33,728 nt of DNA from an uncultured Candidatus Saccharibacteria bacterium (GCA_964616385.1 CAZTTV010000002.1:1-33728); one strand, 5' to 3'; counted from the first letter of the stretch, positions 17,839-27,175 are shown. Numbers and translations: made by a program. The notes: generated from the sequence alone by a model not told the origin.

Positions 17839-19015
17839 GTATGTCATGAGAACATCATATTCAGCACTTGATACATTTAAGACATGCCCTCTTAAGTATA
17901 AATTTCAAAATATAGATAAAATAAAAACTCCGAAGCGTATAGATGCAGTTTTTGGAACAGTAGTACATAGTACATTGAAATATATGTTTGAAAGAGATCC
18001 GCTGTACCCCACACTTGATGAAATAATCGATTTTTATAGCAGTAAATGGAGTGGTGCGATAGATAAAATAGAATTCTCTGACGATAGTAAGAAAGATGAT
18101 GAGTCCAAAATATATTTTGAAGAAGGTCTTAAGATACTCAAAAACTTTCATAAAAAAAATCGTCCATGGAATTTCAATACAGTTGAACTAGAGAGTAGAT
18201 TTAATATTGAAATAAAAGATGATGATACTGAAGAAACTCACACCTTAACTGGTTTTATTGATCGTATTGATAAGGAGCAAGACAAAGACGAATATGAGAT
18301 AATTGATTACAAAACAGGCAAAAAGATGCCTAGTCAAGAAATGCTTGAAGATAACATGCAACTAGCTCTATATAGTCTTGCATTGAAATCTAAATGGCCA
18401 AATTTAAACCCTGAGAATATAAAAACCTCCCTTTATTTTTTAAAACATAATGAGAAAATCAGCACAAACGGCTCATTGGATAAACTAGAGCTCGCTAAAA
18501 AAAATATCCTAACAATTATAAACGAAATAGAAAAAAGAATTGAAAATGATGACTTTCCTCCTACCACAGGACCACTTTGTGGTTGGTGTGGTTTTAAAAA
18601 AATATGTCCAATGTGGTCACATGAATACAAAAAAGAGGATGTAGTTACTGTTGACGAAAAACAAATACAGTCCATCATAGATGAATTCTTTGAAATAAAG
18701 ACGAGTGAAGAAGCAAACAAAAAAAGAATTGCGGAACTACGAAATTCAATTCTTTCTTATATGGACGATAACACTCTCGGGCGTGTATTTGGAGATACTG
18801 GTTATATAACAAAAAATGAACAAGAAAGATATACTTTCAACATGGACAGTGTAAAACCAATACTTGAAAATATAAATAAGTGGGACGAAATACTTGCCCC
18901 AGACACAAAAAAATTGGAAGCACTACTCCCCTCTTTGTCAGACGATTATCAAAAAGAGATACTTGACTCAAGAAATAAAAAAACTTTCACAGTATTAAAA
19001 CAGACCAAAAAATAA
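17837..19015 (+). CDS. PD-(D/E)XK nuclease, Cas4/AddB-type with 4-Cys cluster, plus C-terminal extension
   Basis: N-terminal Cys (FKTCPLKYKF). Nuclease core GFIDRID...YEIIDYKTGK. QxxxY motif (QLALYSL). C-x2-C-x5-C (CGWCGFKKIC). Confidence 0.8.
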   Translation: MYVMRTSYSALDTFKTCPLKYKFQNIDKIKTPKRIDAVFGTVVHSTLKYMFERDPLYPTLDEIIDFYSSKWSGAIDKIEFSDDSKKDDESKIYFEEGLKILKNFHKKNRPWNFNTVELESRFNIEIKDDDTEETHTLTGFIDRIDKEQDKDEYEIIDYKTGKKMPSQEMLEDNMQLALYSLALKSKWPNLNPENIKTSLYFLKHNEKISTNGSLDKLELAKKNILTIINEIEKRIENDDFPPTTGPLCGWCGFKKICPMWSHEYKKEDVVTVDEKQIQSIIDEFFEIKTSEEANKKRIAELRNSILSYMDDNTLGRVFGDTGYITKNEQERYTFNMDSVKPILENINKWDEILAPDTKKLEALLPSLSDDYQKEILDSRNKKTFTVLKQTKK

Positions 19016-19026
19016 ATGAAATATCA

Positions 19027-19416
19027 TTAAAGTCCTTTGCAGTTCTTTGCTGGAGAATATCCAGCTTTTTGCGCTTCTTCTATTGTAGAAAATGATACTT
19101 TATTACCATCTTTTATTCTTTTAGCCCCAGAACACCACTGAAAATAATATTTTGTTCCATTTTTCGATGCAATATATACCTGACTTGTAGGCTTGTTTTT
19201 GACTGTTTTATTATTTTTGTCGTATTTATATACAGAAGATGTAGTATTTTCAATACTAATTGGTGTTTTTGTCTCATCTATCTTTGACAATCTCCCAAGC
19301 CCAAATGATGCAAAAGACGTTAAAATAACTATAAAAACAACAATAACGTCTTTATTGTCTAATAATTTTATTGTGCTATTGATTTTTTGCTTCAAATATT
19401 CTATACTCATAGCCAT
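19027..19416 (-). CDS. membrane-anchored small protein with C-terminal Cys-containing domain (YYFQWC...EEAQKAGYSPAKNC); ORF track start 19467 overlaps rpmA, so ATG 19416 or 19410 is preferred
   Basis: TM helix VIVVFIVILTSFASFGLG. The C-terminal motif resembles the small Ada-like/'sunset'-type Cys motif seen in many anchored proteins. The -10 box TGATAATAT lies 7 nt upstream of ATG 19410. Confidence 0.55.
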   Translation of the reverse strand: MAMSIEYLKQKINSTIKLLDNKDVIVVFIVILTSFASFGLGRLSKIDETKTPISIENTTSSVYKYDKNNKTVKNKPTSQVYIASKNGTKYYFQWCSGAKRIKDGNKVSFSTIEEAQKAGYSPAKNCKGL

Positions 19417-19417
19417 A

Positions 19418-19426
19418 ATATTATCA
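19418..19426 (-). promoter_or_regulatory. extended -10 promoter TGATAATAT, 7 nt upstream of ATG 19410
   Basis: Read directly on the minus strand. It lies in the divergent spacer shared with rpmA. Confidence 0.35.
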
Positions 19427-19436
19427 TAAATAAAAT

Positions 19437-19709
19437 ATGGCACATAGAAAAGCAGGTGGTTCTGCAAAAAACTTAAGAGATTCTAACCCCAAATATCTTG
19501 GTACTAAATTATACGATGGCGAAAAAGCTAAAATCGGTAGTGTTATTGTACGTCAAAGAGGCACTGTTATAATGCCCGGGGAAAATGTTGGACTGGGTAA
19601 AGATCATACGCTTTTTGCCTTAAAGGAAGGTACTGTTAAATTTTCTAAAAAAAGGAAGACTGGGTTCAATAATAAAACGGTTGTCAAAAAAGTAGTAAAT
19701 GTTAAATAA
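19437..19709 (+). CDS. rpmA: 50S ribosomal protein L27
   Basis: [43 protein letters not shown] is the canonical L27 N-terminus. Confidence 0.95.
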   Translation: MAHRKAGGSAKNLRDSNPKYLGTKLYDGEKAKIGSVIVRQRGTVIMPGENVGLGKDHTLFALKEGTVKFSKKRKTGFNNKTVVKKVVNVK

Positions 19710-19724
19710 TATTTACATTTATAT

Positions 19725-19756
19725 AAAAAATGGCTCAGTATACTGAGTCATTTTTT
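19725..19756. terminator. bidirectional intrinsic terminator between rpmA (+) and rplI (-)
   Basis: A6-TGGCTCAGTATACTGAGTCA-T6, a palindromic stem flanked by A and T runs. Confidence 0.7.
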
Positions 19757-19776
19757 ATGTTCTATTTATTATAGTA

Positions 19777-20223
19777 TTATTCTCCTTTTTCTATTTTTAA
19801 TTTGAATGATCCTTTGTGTCCTTCTGCGGAAATTGATATATCATATTCTCCTATTTCTTTAATAGGGTCTTCTAGTTCAATAAAATTTGGAAGTATTTCT
19901 AATTGTGTTTGTTCTCTTATTTTAGACACAATTTCATCTTTGTGGATACCAGCAAACAGGTGCCCTTTTTCGTTTGTCTTTTCTTTTATCTCTATTGTTA
20001 AACCATTCAAATCATCGATATTCTTTGCAATCAAATCTTCTTGTACTTTTGCTTTTGCATCATGAACTTTCTTTAATGCACCTATATTTTTTATTGCTTT
20101 ATCTGTCGCTATTTCTGCGAGTTTTCTAGGAATTAAAAAGTTTCTAGCATATCCGTCAGAAACATTTTTAATGTCATATTTTTGTCCCATATTTGCAATA
20201 TCTTGTTTTAGTATAACTTTCAT
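19777..20223 (-). CDS. rplI: 50S ribosomal protein L9
   Basis: MKVILKQDIANMGQKYDIKNVSDGYARNFLIPRKLA is the canonical L9 N-domain. Confidence 0.93.
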   Translation of the reverse strand: MKVILKQDIANMGQKYDIKNVSDGYARNFLIPRKLAEIATDKAIKNIGALKKVHDAKAKVQEDLIAKNIDDLNGLTIEIKEKTNEKGHLFAGIHKDEIVSKIREQTQLEILPNFIELEDPIKEIGEYDISISAEGHKGSFKLKIEKGE

Positions 20224-20251
20224 ATTTATTTTTAATTTTATAATTCAAAAA

Positions 20252-21523
20252 TTATTGTGTAAGTAATTCTATCGCCTTTTCTAATTGTGGGTCTATACCC
20301 GCTACAATGTCTTCTTTTGTAACTTTTACAACAACATTAGGTGTTAATCCAGCCTTTGAGATAGAAACACCATTAGGTGTAAGCCATCTAGCCACAGTTA
20401 TTTTCAATGATGCTTTGTCTGTAATTTTTACCAATTCTTGTACTGAGCCCTTACCAAATGTCTGAGTACCTACAAGTATAGCTTTCCCGTGTTCTTGTAG
20501 TGCCCCTGCAAGAATCTCAGAAGCAGAAGCAGAACCACCATTAACCAATACCGCCATCTTTAGATTGCCATTAAATATATCATATCCCTTGCTCCTGTAA
20601 ACCTTCCCATCTCCTCTGCTTCCAAAATCTTCTTGAACAACAATCTTACCTGCTGGCAAAAACCAACTAGCTATATCAACAGCAGACTCTAAATACCCAC
20701 CAGGATTACCTCGCAAATCAATAATTAATTTATTTTTACCAGACATAACAAACTTTCGTAGTGACTCTCTAAATAAGTTTGATGAATTGGCAGAAAAATT
20801 ATACAAAGACAGTACAAAAACGTCACTTTCCTTTTCTGATATTGCACTTTTATTACCCGTACTATTTTTACCAGAATTTTTTGAGTTTATAAACTTAGTA
20901 TTAATAGTAGGTATTGTGATAACGCCCCTTATGATTGAAATATCGAGTGGCTCTTTTTCTCCATCTCTTATGACAGTAAGAACAACAGCTTCACCTTTTG
21001 GTCCTCTTATTAATTTAACAGCCTCCCCTATAGGCATATCGGCGCTTATCGTATCATCTATTTTTATAATTTTATCTCCTGGTAAAACTCCTGCTTTTTC
21101 GGCGGGTGTTCCTTTTAGTGGCGCAATAACAACCAAAGTATTGTCTTTCATACCAATCTCCATACCAACACCTTGAAATTCACCACTTATGTCACTTTCA
21201 AATATCTCAGCTTCTTCTGGTGGGAAAAAGACAGAATATGGATCTCCGAGAGAATCAACTAATCCAGAGATAGCTCCCCAAACTTTCTTTTGGTCATCTG
21301 GCCCATCGGTAGAAACATATTTTTCATTCACCACATTCCATGCTTTCCAAAATGATTCAAAATCAACATTTGAAGAAGTTTGATTTCCATTTTTATTTAT
21401 CAAAGATGTAACTTTTCTTATCTCGGGTCTATTGTCATATCCTGCATATACGCCAGCAAAGAAAACAAATATAAGTATAACTGCTGTTGAAATACTTAAA
21501 ATAATTTTATGGTATTTTGTCAT
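20252..21523 (-). CDS. carboxy-terminal processing protease (peptidase S41) with PDZ domain and signal anchor
   Basis: PDZ domain GVGMEIG...PAEKAGVLPGDKIIKID. S41 motifs IIDLRGNPGG, VNGGSASASEI (Ser) and GTQTFGKG (Lys). Confidence 0.9.
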   Translation of the reverse strand: MTKYHKIILSISTAVILIFVFFAGVYAGYDNRPEIRKVTSLINKNGNQTSSNVDFESFWKAWNVVNEKYVSTDGPDDQKKVWGAISGLVDSLGDPYSVFFPPEEAEIFESDISGEFQGVGMEIGMKDNTLVVIAPLKGTPAEKAGVLPGDKIIKIDDTISADMPIGEAVKLIRGPKGEAVVLTVIRDGEKEPLDISIIRGVITIPTINTKFINSKNSGKNSTGNKSAISEKESDVFVLSLYNFSANSSNLFRESLRKFVMSGKNKLIIDLRGNPGGYLESAVDIASWFLPAGKIVVQEDFGSRGDGKVYRSKGYDIFNGNLKMAVLVNGGSASASEILAGALQEHGKAILVGTQTFGKGSVQELVKITDKASLKITVARWLTPNGVSISKAGLTPNVVVKVTKEDIVAGIDPQLEKAIELLTQ

Positions 21524-21531
21524 GTCTGACT

Positions 21532-21540
21532 ATTATCTCA
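21532..21540 (-). promoter_or_regulatory. extended -10 promoter TGAGATAAT, 8 nt upstream of the S41 protease ATG
   Basis: Minus strand reads TTTGAGATAAT-AGTCAGAC-ATG; no SD. Confidence 0.4.
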
Positions 21541-21667
21541 AAAGTAAACAAAATTATCAAATATATGAAAATCAATATTCGCAATTATTGTATCACTTGT
21601 ATATAATTAGTTACATAATAATTCCAAAATCTTATAATACAGAACTAACACACACCAAAGTAATAAA

Positions 21668-22582
21668 ATGTTATCCAGAAACACATATAAAAAACTTACA
21701 TGGATAGATACGCAATCTCCGACAAAAGAAGAGATTCGTTCTTTAATGAAAGAGTTTGACATACATCCAGTAGTCGCACAAGAGCTATTGTCCCCCACTA
21801 TTCGTCCAAGAGTGGACCTATATGACAACGCAATATATCTTATACTGCATTTCCCAATGATAGAACATAAGCATGGTAACGAAGAGATACAGGAAGTTGA
21901 TTTTATTATAGGAAAAAACTTTCTTATCACTACTCACTATGACATGATTGATCCTCTCCATGAGTTTTCGAAAGTATTTGAGGTAAATTCAATAATAGAT
22001 AAAAGTAACATGGGTGAACATGCTGGTTTTTTGTTCTTTTATTTAATAAAAGAACTATATAGATCACTTGATGACGAACTAGATCACATAAACAACAAAC
22101 TTGAAGTAATAGAGGGCCAGATATTTGAAGGACGCGAAAAAGAGATGGTTAAAGAAATATCAAAAGTTAATAGAGATTTATTAAATTTCAAACAGTCTGT
22201 GCGTATGCACAAAGATGTACTCGCCTCTTTGGAAATTGCTGGTGCAAAATTTTTTGGAGATAAATTTACTTACTACTTAAGAGCAGTTACTGGAGAATAT
22301 TACAAAATAGCCAATCAAATGGACGGACATAGAGAAACTATGACGGAATTACGAAAAACAAATGATTCTCTGCTATCAACAAAACAAAATGAGGTTATGA
22401 AAACTCTTACAATTTTAGCATTGATTACATTCCCACTATCTTTAGTAGCAGCTATATTTGGAATGAATACAATCTCAACACCAATAGTCGGAAATAAAGG
22501 AGACTTTTGGCTTGTAATAGGTATAATGGCTATTGGTACGATAATAATGTTCACTTACTTTAAACATAAAAAATGGTTCTAA
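21668..22582 (+). CDS. corA: magnesium/cobalt transporter CorA
   Basis: C-terminal two TM helices with the GMN signature (AAIFGMNT). The cytoplasmic N-domain is of typical size. Confidence 0.88.
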   Translation: MLSRNTYKKLTWIDTQSPTKEEIRSLMKEFDIHPVVAQELLSPTIRPRVDLYDNAIYLILHFPMIEHKHGNEEIQEVDFIIGKNFLITTHYDMIDPLHEFSKVFEVNSIIDKSNMGEHAGFLFFYLIKELYRSLDDELDHINNKLEVIEGQIFEGREKEMVKEISKVNRDLLNFKQSVRMHKDVLASLEIAGAKFFGDKFTYYLRAVTGEYYKIANQMDGHRETMTELRKTNDSLLSTKQNEVMKTLTILALITFPLSLVAAIFGMNTISTPIVGNKGDFWLVIGIMAIGTIIMFTYFKHKKWF

Positions 22583-22583
22583 T

Positions 22584-23960
22584 ATGATAAAACTCTACAA
22601 CACGCTTACAAAAACTAAAGAAGATTTTAAACCTATAAAAACAGGGATTGTTTCTATATATTCTTGTGGGCCTACTGTATATGCAAGACAACATATAGGT
22701 AATATGCGTGCTGCTATATTTACAGATATATTAAAAAGAGTATTTAGATATAACAAATATGAAGTTAATGATGTTTCAAATATTACTGACGTTGGACATT
22801 TAGCTACTGACGAAGGTGACGGTGAAGACAAACTAATAAAAGCATCTAAAAAAGAAAACAAAGACCCATACGAGATTGCGCGATACTATGAAGATTTGTA
22901 TGTAAAAGATTTGAAAGATTTGAATGTAATAATGCCAAAACATATGCCCAGGGCAACAGAACACATTGATGAGCAAATTGATTTTATAAAAAAACTTGAA
23001 GATGCTGGTCTTACATACAAAACATCAGATGGAGTATATTTCGATACTTCAAAATTCAAAGATTACGGAAAATTATCTGGACAAAACCTAAATGACAAAA
23101 AGGCTGGTGCAAGAGTTGAGATAAGAACAGAAAAAAAGAATCCTAGTGATTTTGCATTATGGAAGTTTTTAGTAGGAGAACATGAGAACCATATAATGGA
23201 ATGGGATTCTCCATGGGGAGTTGGGTTTCCGGGTTGGCATATAGAATGTTCTGCTATGTCACATAAATATCTAGGAGATGAATTTGATATACACACTGGA
23301 GGTATTGACCACATACCAATACACCATGAAAATGAAATTGCACAAAATACAGGAAGCAACTTAATAAAGAAAATAAATTTTTGGGTACATAATGAACACT
23401 TATTATTAGAAAATGGCAAAATGGCAAAATCTGCCGGTAGCTTTCTTACGCTTGATGATTTGAAAGAAAAAGGTATTTCCCCTATCGCATTTAGATACTG
23501 GCTTTTGACAGCTAACTACAAAACATCAGTTAACTTCACGTGGGACGCAGTTACGGGCGCTCAGGTCGCGTTAAATAAGCTGTACGACAATGTAATTAAA
23601 TTAGGTAAAGATATCGGGGAGATAAATAATGAATATAAAGATAAATTTGTAGAATATGTGGATGATAATTTGGATACACCAAAAGCCTTAGCTCTGACAT
23701 GGGATTTAATGAAAGATACCTCAATATCTAATGAAGATAAATATGCAACTGTTTTAGATTTTGATAAAATATTTGGACTAGATTTTGAAAAGCAATCCGA
23801 GGAAGAGTTGCCAACTAACATTAAAAAAATGATTGATGAAAGAGAAGATGCAAGAAATGAGAAAAACTGGGATAAAGCAGATGAAATAAGAGAGCGTGTA
23901 AATAAACTTGGTTATGAAATTGAGGACAAGGATACAGGGATAATCGTACGTAAAATATAA
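22584..23960 (+). CDS. cysS: cysteine--tRNA ligase
   Basis: YSCGPTVYARQHIGNMR (HIGH region), GWHIECSAM (Zn/Cys site) and KMAKS (KMSKS motif). Confidence 0.93.
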   Translation: MIKLYNTLTKTKEDFKPIKTGIVSIYSCGPTVYARQHIGNMRAAIFTDILKRVFRYNKYEVNDVSNITDVGHLATDEGDGEDKLIKASKKENKDPYEIARYYEDLYVKDLKDLNVIMPKHMPRATEHIDEQIDFIKKLEDAGLTYKTSDGVYFDTSKFKDYGKLSGQNLNDKKAGARVEIRTEKKNPSDFALWKFLVGEHENHIMEWDSPWGVGFPGWHIECSAMSHKYLGDEFDIHTGGIDHIPIHHENEIAQNTGSNLIKKINFWVHNEHLLLENGKMAKSAGSFLTLDDLKEKGISPIAFRYWLLTANYKTSVNFTWDAVTGAQVALNKLYDNVIKLGKDIGEINNEYKDKFVEYVDDNLDTPKALALTWDLMKDTSISNEDKYATVLDFDKIFGLDFEKQSEEELPTNIKKMIDEREDARNEKNWDKADEIRERVNKLGYEIEDKDTGIIVRKI

Positions 23961-24103
23961 TATATCTATAGTTGTATAACTCAAAATATGACCGTACTTA
24001 GTACGAAAACTATCAATATCCCTGTTATACGCATTAAGTCCACACATCTTCCACAGCATATGAACATTTTGGAGTATTTTGACACCTACACACGATAAAT
24101 CTT

Positions 24104-24114
24104 TGTGATACAAT
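24104..24114 (+). promoter_or_regulatory. extended -10 promoter TGTGATACAAT, 10 nt upstream of dnaB ATG
   Basis: Read directly. The same 11-mer occurs upstream of the nuclease gene at 32809. Confidence 0.4.
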
Positions 24115-24124
24115 ACTAATCACG

Positions 24125-25501
24125 ATGTCAGGAAATTTAAATAAAAAACTACGAATACCTCCTCAAAATATTGAATCTGAAATGGCGCTATTGGGATCTA
24201 TAATGCTAAAGCCTGAAGGTATAATGGATGCAATAGATATAATATCACCAGACTCATTTTATGCAGAAAAACATAGAATAATATTCCAGAGTATGCTTGC
24301 ACTGTATTCTAAAAGTGAACCTATTGACTTACTATCTCTTACAAGTAAACTGGACGAGAGAAAAAAGTTAGAACAAATAGGTGGAAGATCTTATTTAACA
24401 GAACTTGTAAATTCAGTGCCGTCGGCTTCTAATTTAAAACACTACGCGGAGATTATTCAAAAAAAATCCATAATGCGTAATCTTCTGGATGTATCAAATC
24501 ACATAGGAGAACTTGGATATGCAGAAGACAAAGAGCTGGAAGAGCTTCTTGATGACGCAGAAAAAAAAGTGTTCTCCGTAACTAATGCTCCAATAGGACA
24601 AAAATTTGTAAGCATTAAACACACACTGGGAGACGCGTGGGAGAGAATAGATAATTTACACAACAACAAAAATGAAATGCGTGGAGTAAAAACTGGATTC
24701 AAAAGTTTAGACAATCATCTGGCTGGACTTCAGAAATCAGATCTTATTATTTTAGCAGCTAGACCTTCAATGGGTAAAACAGCTCTTGCTCTTGATATCG
24801 CAAGACAGGCTGCAACACTTCACAACACACCAGTAGGAATATTTTCTCTTGAGATGAGTGCACAGCAATTAGTAGACAGGATGCTTGCAGCAGAATCACG
24901 TGTTGATGCATGGAAACTTCGCACAGGTAATCTTACTCAAGATGAAGAATTTACTAAGATACGAGACTCTTTAGACAAACTCTCAAAAGCTCCAATATAT
25001 ATTGATGATAAACCTGGAAATACTGTACTAGGGATGAGGTCAACTGCGAGAAGACTTAAAAGTGAACACGGATTAGGTCTAATAATAGTTGACTATCTGC
25101 AATTAATGACACCTAGTAGAAATTTTGATTCAATGGTACATCAGGTTACTGAAATTTCACGATCCCTTAAGTCGTTGGCAAGAGAGCTTGATGTTCCAGT
25201 ATTAGCGCTATCACAGCTCTCTCGTGCCGTAGAACAACGACAAGGACGTCCAAGACTGTCAGACTTGCGTGATTCTGGCTCAATAGAACAGGATGCCGAT
25301 GTAGTAATGTTTATACATCGCGATGACAAATACAATGAAGACTCTGATAAACCAAATATTGCTGAAATAATGATAGAGAAACACCGAAATGGACCTACTG
25401 GTAAAATTGATTTATACTTTGACGACAAAAAAACTACATTCTTAGATATCGACAAAAATGACGTTAATGAAGAAAGTGAGACAAGTTTAGAAGACTTCTA
25501 G
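24125..25501 (+). CDS. dnaB: replicative DNA helicase DnaB
   Basis: PPQNIESEMALLGSIML N-domain, Walker A AARPSMGKTALALDIA, and RecA-like motifs IIVDYLQLM and LSQLSR. Confidence 0.93.
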   Translation: MSGNLNKKLRIPPQNIESEMALLGSIMLKPEGIMDAIDIISPDSFYAEKHRIIFQSMLALYSKSEPIDLLSLTSKLDERKKLEQIGGRSYLTELVNSVPSASNLKHYAEIIQKKSIMRNLLDVSNHIGELGYAEDKELEELLDDAEKKVFSVTNAPIGQKFVSIKHTLGDAWERIDNLHNNKNEMRGVKTGFKSLDNHLAGLQKSDLIILAARPSMGKTALALDIARQAATLHNTPVGIFSLEMSAQQLVDRMLAAESRVDAWKLRTGNLTQDEEFTKIRDSLDKLSKAPIYIDDKPGNTVLGMRSTARRLKSEHGLGLIIVDYLQLMTPSRNFDSMVHQVTEISRSLKSLARELDVPVLALSQLSRAVEQRQGRPRLSDLRDSGSIEQDADVVMFIHRDDKYNEDSDKPNIAEIMIEKHRNGPTGKIDLYFDDKKTTFLDIDKNDVNEESETSLEDF

Positions 25502-25551
25502 TAATTGACTACTTTCAATTTGGTCTATAAATTACAGATACCAAAAAATAT

Positions 25552-26160
25552 ATGAATTCTATAGAAAAATTAGCAGAACAATTTAAAAAATTTCCGGGGA
25601 TTGGGAGTAGACAATCAAAAAGATTTGTTTACTTTTTACTTACACAAAATGAAAGCAACATACACGAACTATCAAAATTAATATCTGAACTTAAAAATGA
25701 TATTTCGCAATGCTCATCGTGTCTTCGTTTTTTTAAACAAACAGACAAACAAATATGTGAAGTATGCTCTGACCCTAATATAGATAAGGAGGTTGTTATG
25801 TTAGTAGAGAAAGATGTTGATTTTGAAAATATAAGAAAAACCGGAATGTATAATGGTAAGTTTTTTATACTCGGTGGAACAATACCGATACTTGAAAGAG
25901 AACCTACGAAAAGAATAAGGGCAGAAAAATTAATTAAAAATATAGAACAAGGTAAAAATGAATTGAAAGAAATAATCTTAGCACTCTCTGTAAATCCCGA
26001 GGGAGAAAACACACTACAATATATTAAAAAAATACTTGAGCCTTTCACTGAAAAAAATAATATAAAAATCACCACTCTAGGACGTGGACTTTCCACAGGC
26101 ACCGAACTTGAATATTCTGACTCTGACACACTTGAAAATGCTCTAAAGAACAGAAGTTGA
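25552..26160 (+). CDS. recR: recombination protein RecR
   Basis: HhH FPGIGSRQSKRFVYFLL, C4 zinc finger CSSCLRF...CEVC and a Toprim domain. At 202 aa it ends at a TGA. Confidence 0.92.
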   Translation: MNSIEKLAEQFKKFPGIGSRQSKRFVYFLLTQNESNIHELSKLISELKNDISQCSSCLRFFKQTDKQICEVCSDPNIDKEVVMLVEKDVDFENIRKTGMYNGKFFILGGTIPILEREPTKRIRAEKLIKNIEQGKNELKEIILALSVNPEGENTLQYIKKILEPFTEKNNIKITTLGRGLSTGTELEYSDSDTLENALKNRS

Positions 26161-26185
26161 CAAACTTTTTTAAATATATTAAATT
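26157..26185 (+). promoter_or_regulatory. sigma70-like promoter TTGACA-17 nt-TAAATT overlapping the recR stop codon
   Basis: Read directly. It is followed by SD AAGGAGA 6-7 nt before the ATG at 26228. Confidence 0.35.
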
Positions 26186-26227
26186 TAGATAGGATTCAAA
26201 AAAAATTACTTTAAGGAGATACAGATA

Positions 26228-26455
26228 ATGAAAAAATATGACATTGTGCTCGTCGTTTTAGTATTTTCTAATTCAATCTTTATGGGGGTAATATACGGTC
26301 CTCTGATATTAGGAAATAATTTAAAGATTAACTTATTGCAACCTGACCCGAACACTGCTGGTGTACTATTAGTGTTCTTTGGTTCTGTGGCTATGATGTG
26401 TTACGGTTTCTTCTTATATCACTTATATCACCTCAAGACAGGAGATGAAAAATGA
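26228..26455 (+). CDS. hypothetical small membrane protein (2 predicted TM helices)
   Basis: Strong SD (TAAGGAGATAC). Hydrophobic helices VLVVLVFSNSIFMGVIYGPLIL and GVLLVFFGSVAMMCYGFFLY. Confidence 0.5.
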   Translation: MKKYDIVLVVLVFSNSIFMGVIYGPLILGNNLKINLLQPDPNTAGVLLVFFGSVAMMCYGFFLYHLYHLKTGDEK

Positions 26456-26745
26456 GCTGGTTGATTGATAACTTAGGATTTATCGGATGGATAATATGTG
26501 GTTTTGTTGCCTACGGCATAACAAAAGGCATCTTTGTTTACATTATAAAAAAATATTCAACTCATAATAATGATGACGGATATACAGTTGCTGGAGAATT
26601 TCTTTGTTTGGTTAGTTTTCTTGCAGGTTATGCAGGTCTTTTAATGGCTATTGTAATGTCACTTTCAGTAGGTAAATTCTCTTGGTGTCTGAAAGCACCA
26701 AAAGAGTTAACAAAAAGATTTTGGGAGATACCAAAGTTATGGTAA
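26452..26745 (+). CDS. hypothetical small membrane protein (2 predicted TM helices), translationally coupled to the previous ORF
   Basis: ATGA start/stop overlap at 26452..26455. Hydrophobic helices LGFIGWIICGFVAYGI and FLCLVSFLAGYAGLLMAIVMSL. Confidence 0.5.
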   Translation: MSWLIDNLGFIGWIICGFVAYGITKGIFVYIIKKYSTHNNDDGYTVAGEFLCLVSFLAGYAGLLMAIVMSLSVGKFSWCLKAPKELTKRFWEIPKLW

Positions 26746-26765
26746 ACTAACACAAAAAAACAAAA

Positions 26766-26789
26766 ACGAAGGTCTTGCCTTCGTTTTTT
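26766..26789. terminator. bidirectional intrinsic terminator between the small-membrane-protein pair (+) and rplU (-)
   Basis: ACGAAGG-TCTTG-CCTTCGT followed by T6 and preceded by an A-rich run. Confidence 0.7.
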
Positions 26790-26803
26790 CTTTATTTTTA
26801 TTT

Positions 26804-27118
26804 TTAAACCTTAGATATCTTAACTTTAGTAAATGGTTGTCTATGCCCTTTTTTTGTAAAGTGTCTACTCTTTGCTCTGAATCTTATTACTCTAACTTTT
26901 TTATTCCTACCATCTTCCTCAAATACTGCTTCTACCTTTGCTCCATCTATATATGGTGTTCCTATTTTAGTTGATTTTCCGTCATCTACAAGCAAAACTT
27001 TTTCAAAAACAATCTTATCACCCTCCTTATTATCACCAGAAAGCTTCTCTATTTTAATAGAGTTTCCCTCAGAAATCTTATACTGTTTGCCTCCTGTTTC
27101 TATGATTGCGAATGTCAT
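26804..27118 (-). CDS. rplU: 50S ribosomal protein L21
   Basis: MTFAIIETGGKQYKISEGNSIKIEKL and the C-terminal FTKKGHRQPFTKVKI are the canonical L21 pattern. Confidence 0.93.
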   Translation of the reverse strand: MTFAIIETGGKQYKISEGNSIKIEKLSGDNKEGDKIVFEKVLLVDDGKSTKIGTPYIDGAKVEAVFEEDGRNKKVRVIRFRAKSRHFTKKGHRQPFTKVKISKV

Positions 27119-27175
27119 AATTGCTATATATTACACTATCTATCAAAAAAGTCAAAGTGAGTTTTGCATACTAAA

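Noticed and set aside
24079-24084. A consensus TTGACA upstream of dnaB as the -35 partner of the TACAAT box.
   Set aside because: The spacer to the -10 hexamer (24109..24114) is 24 nt, too long for a functional pair. The extended -10 (TGTGATACAAT) probably acts without it.
23778-24113. A 111-aa minus-strand ORF fills the cysS-dnaB spacer.
   Set aside because: It overlaps the 3' end of cysS by about 180 nt, has a hydrophobic low-complexity product and no expression signals. The spacer is better explained as the dnaB promoter region.
26158-26160. Possible alternative genetic code (UGA as Gly, as in some candidate phyla).
   Set aside because: recR ends at a TGA at the expected protein length. 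The 75-aa ORF ends at a TGA in an ATGA overlap. No recognised gene needs an in-frame TGA read-through. The standard bacterial code fits all the conserved proteins.
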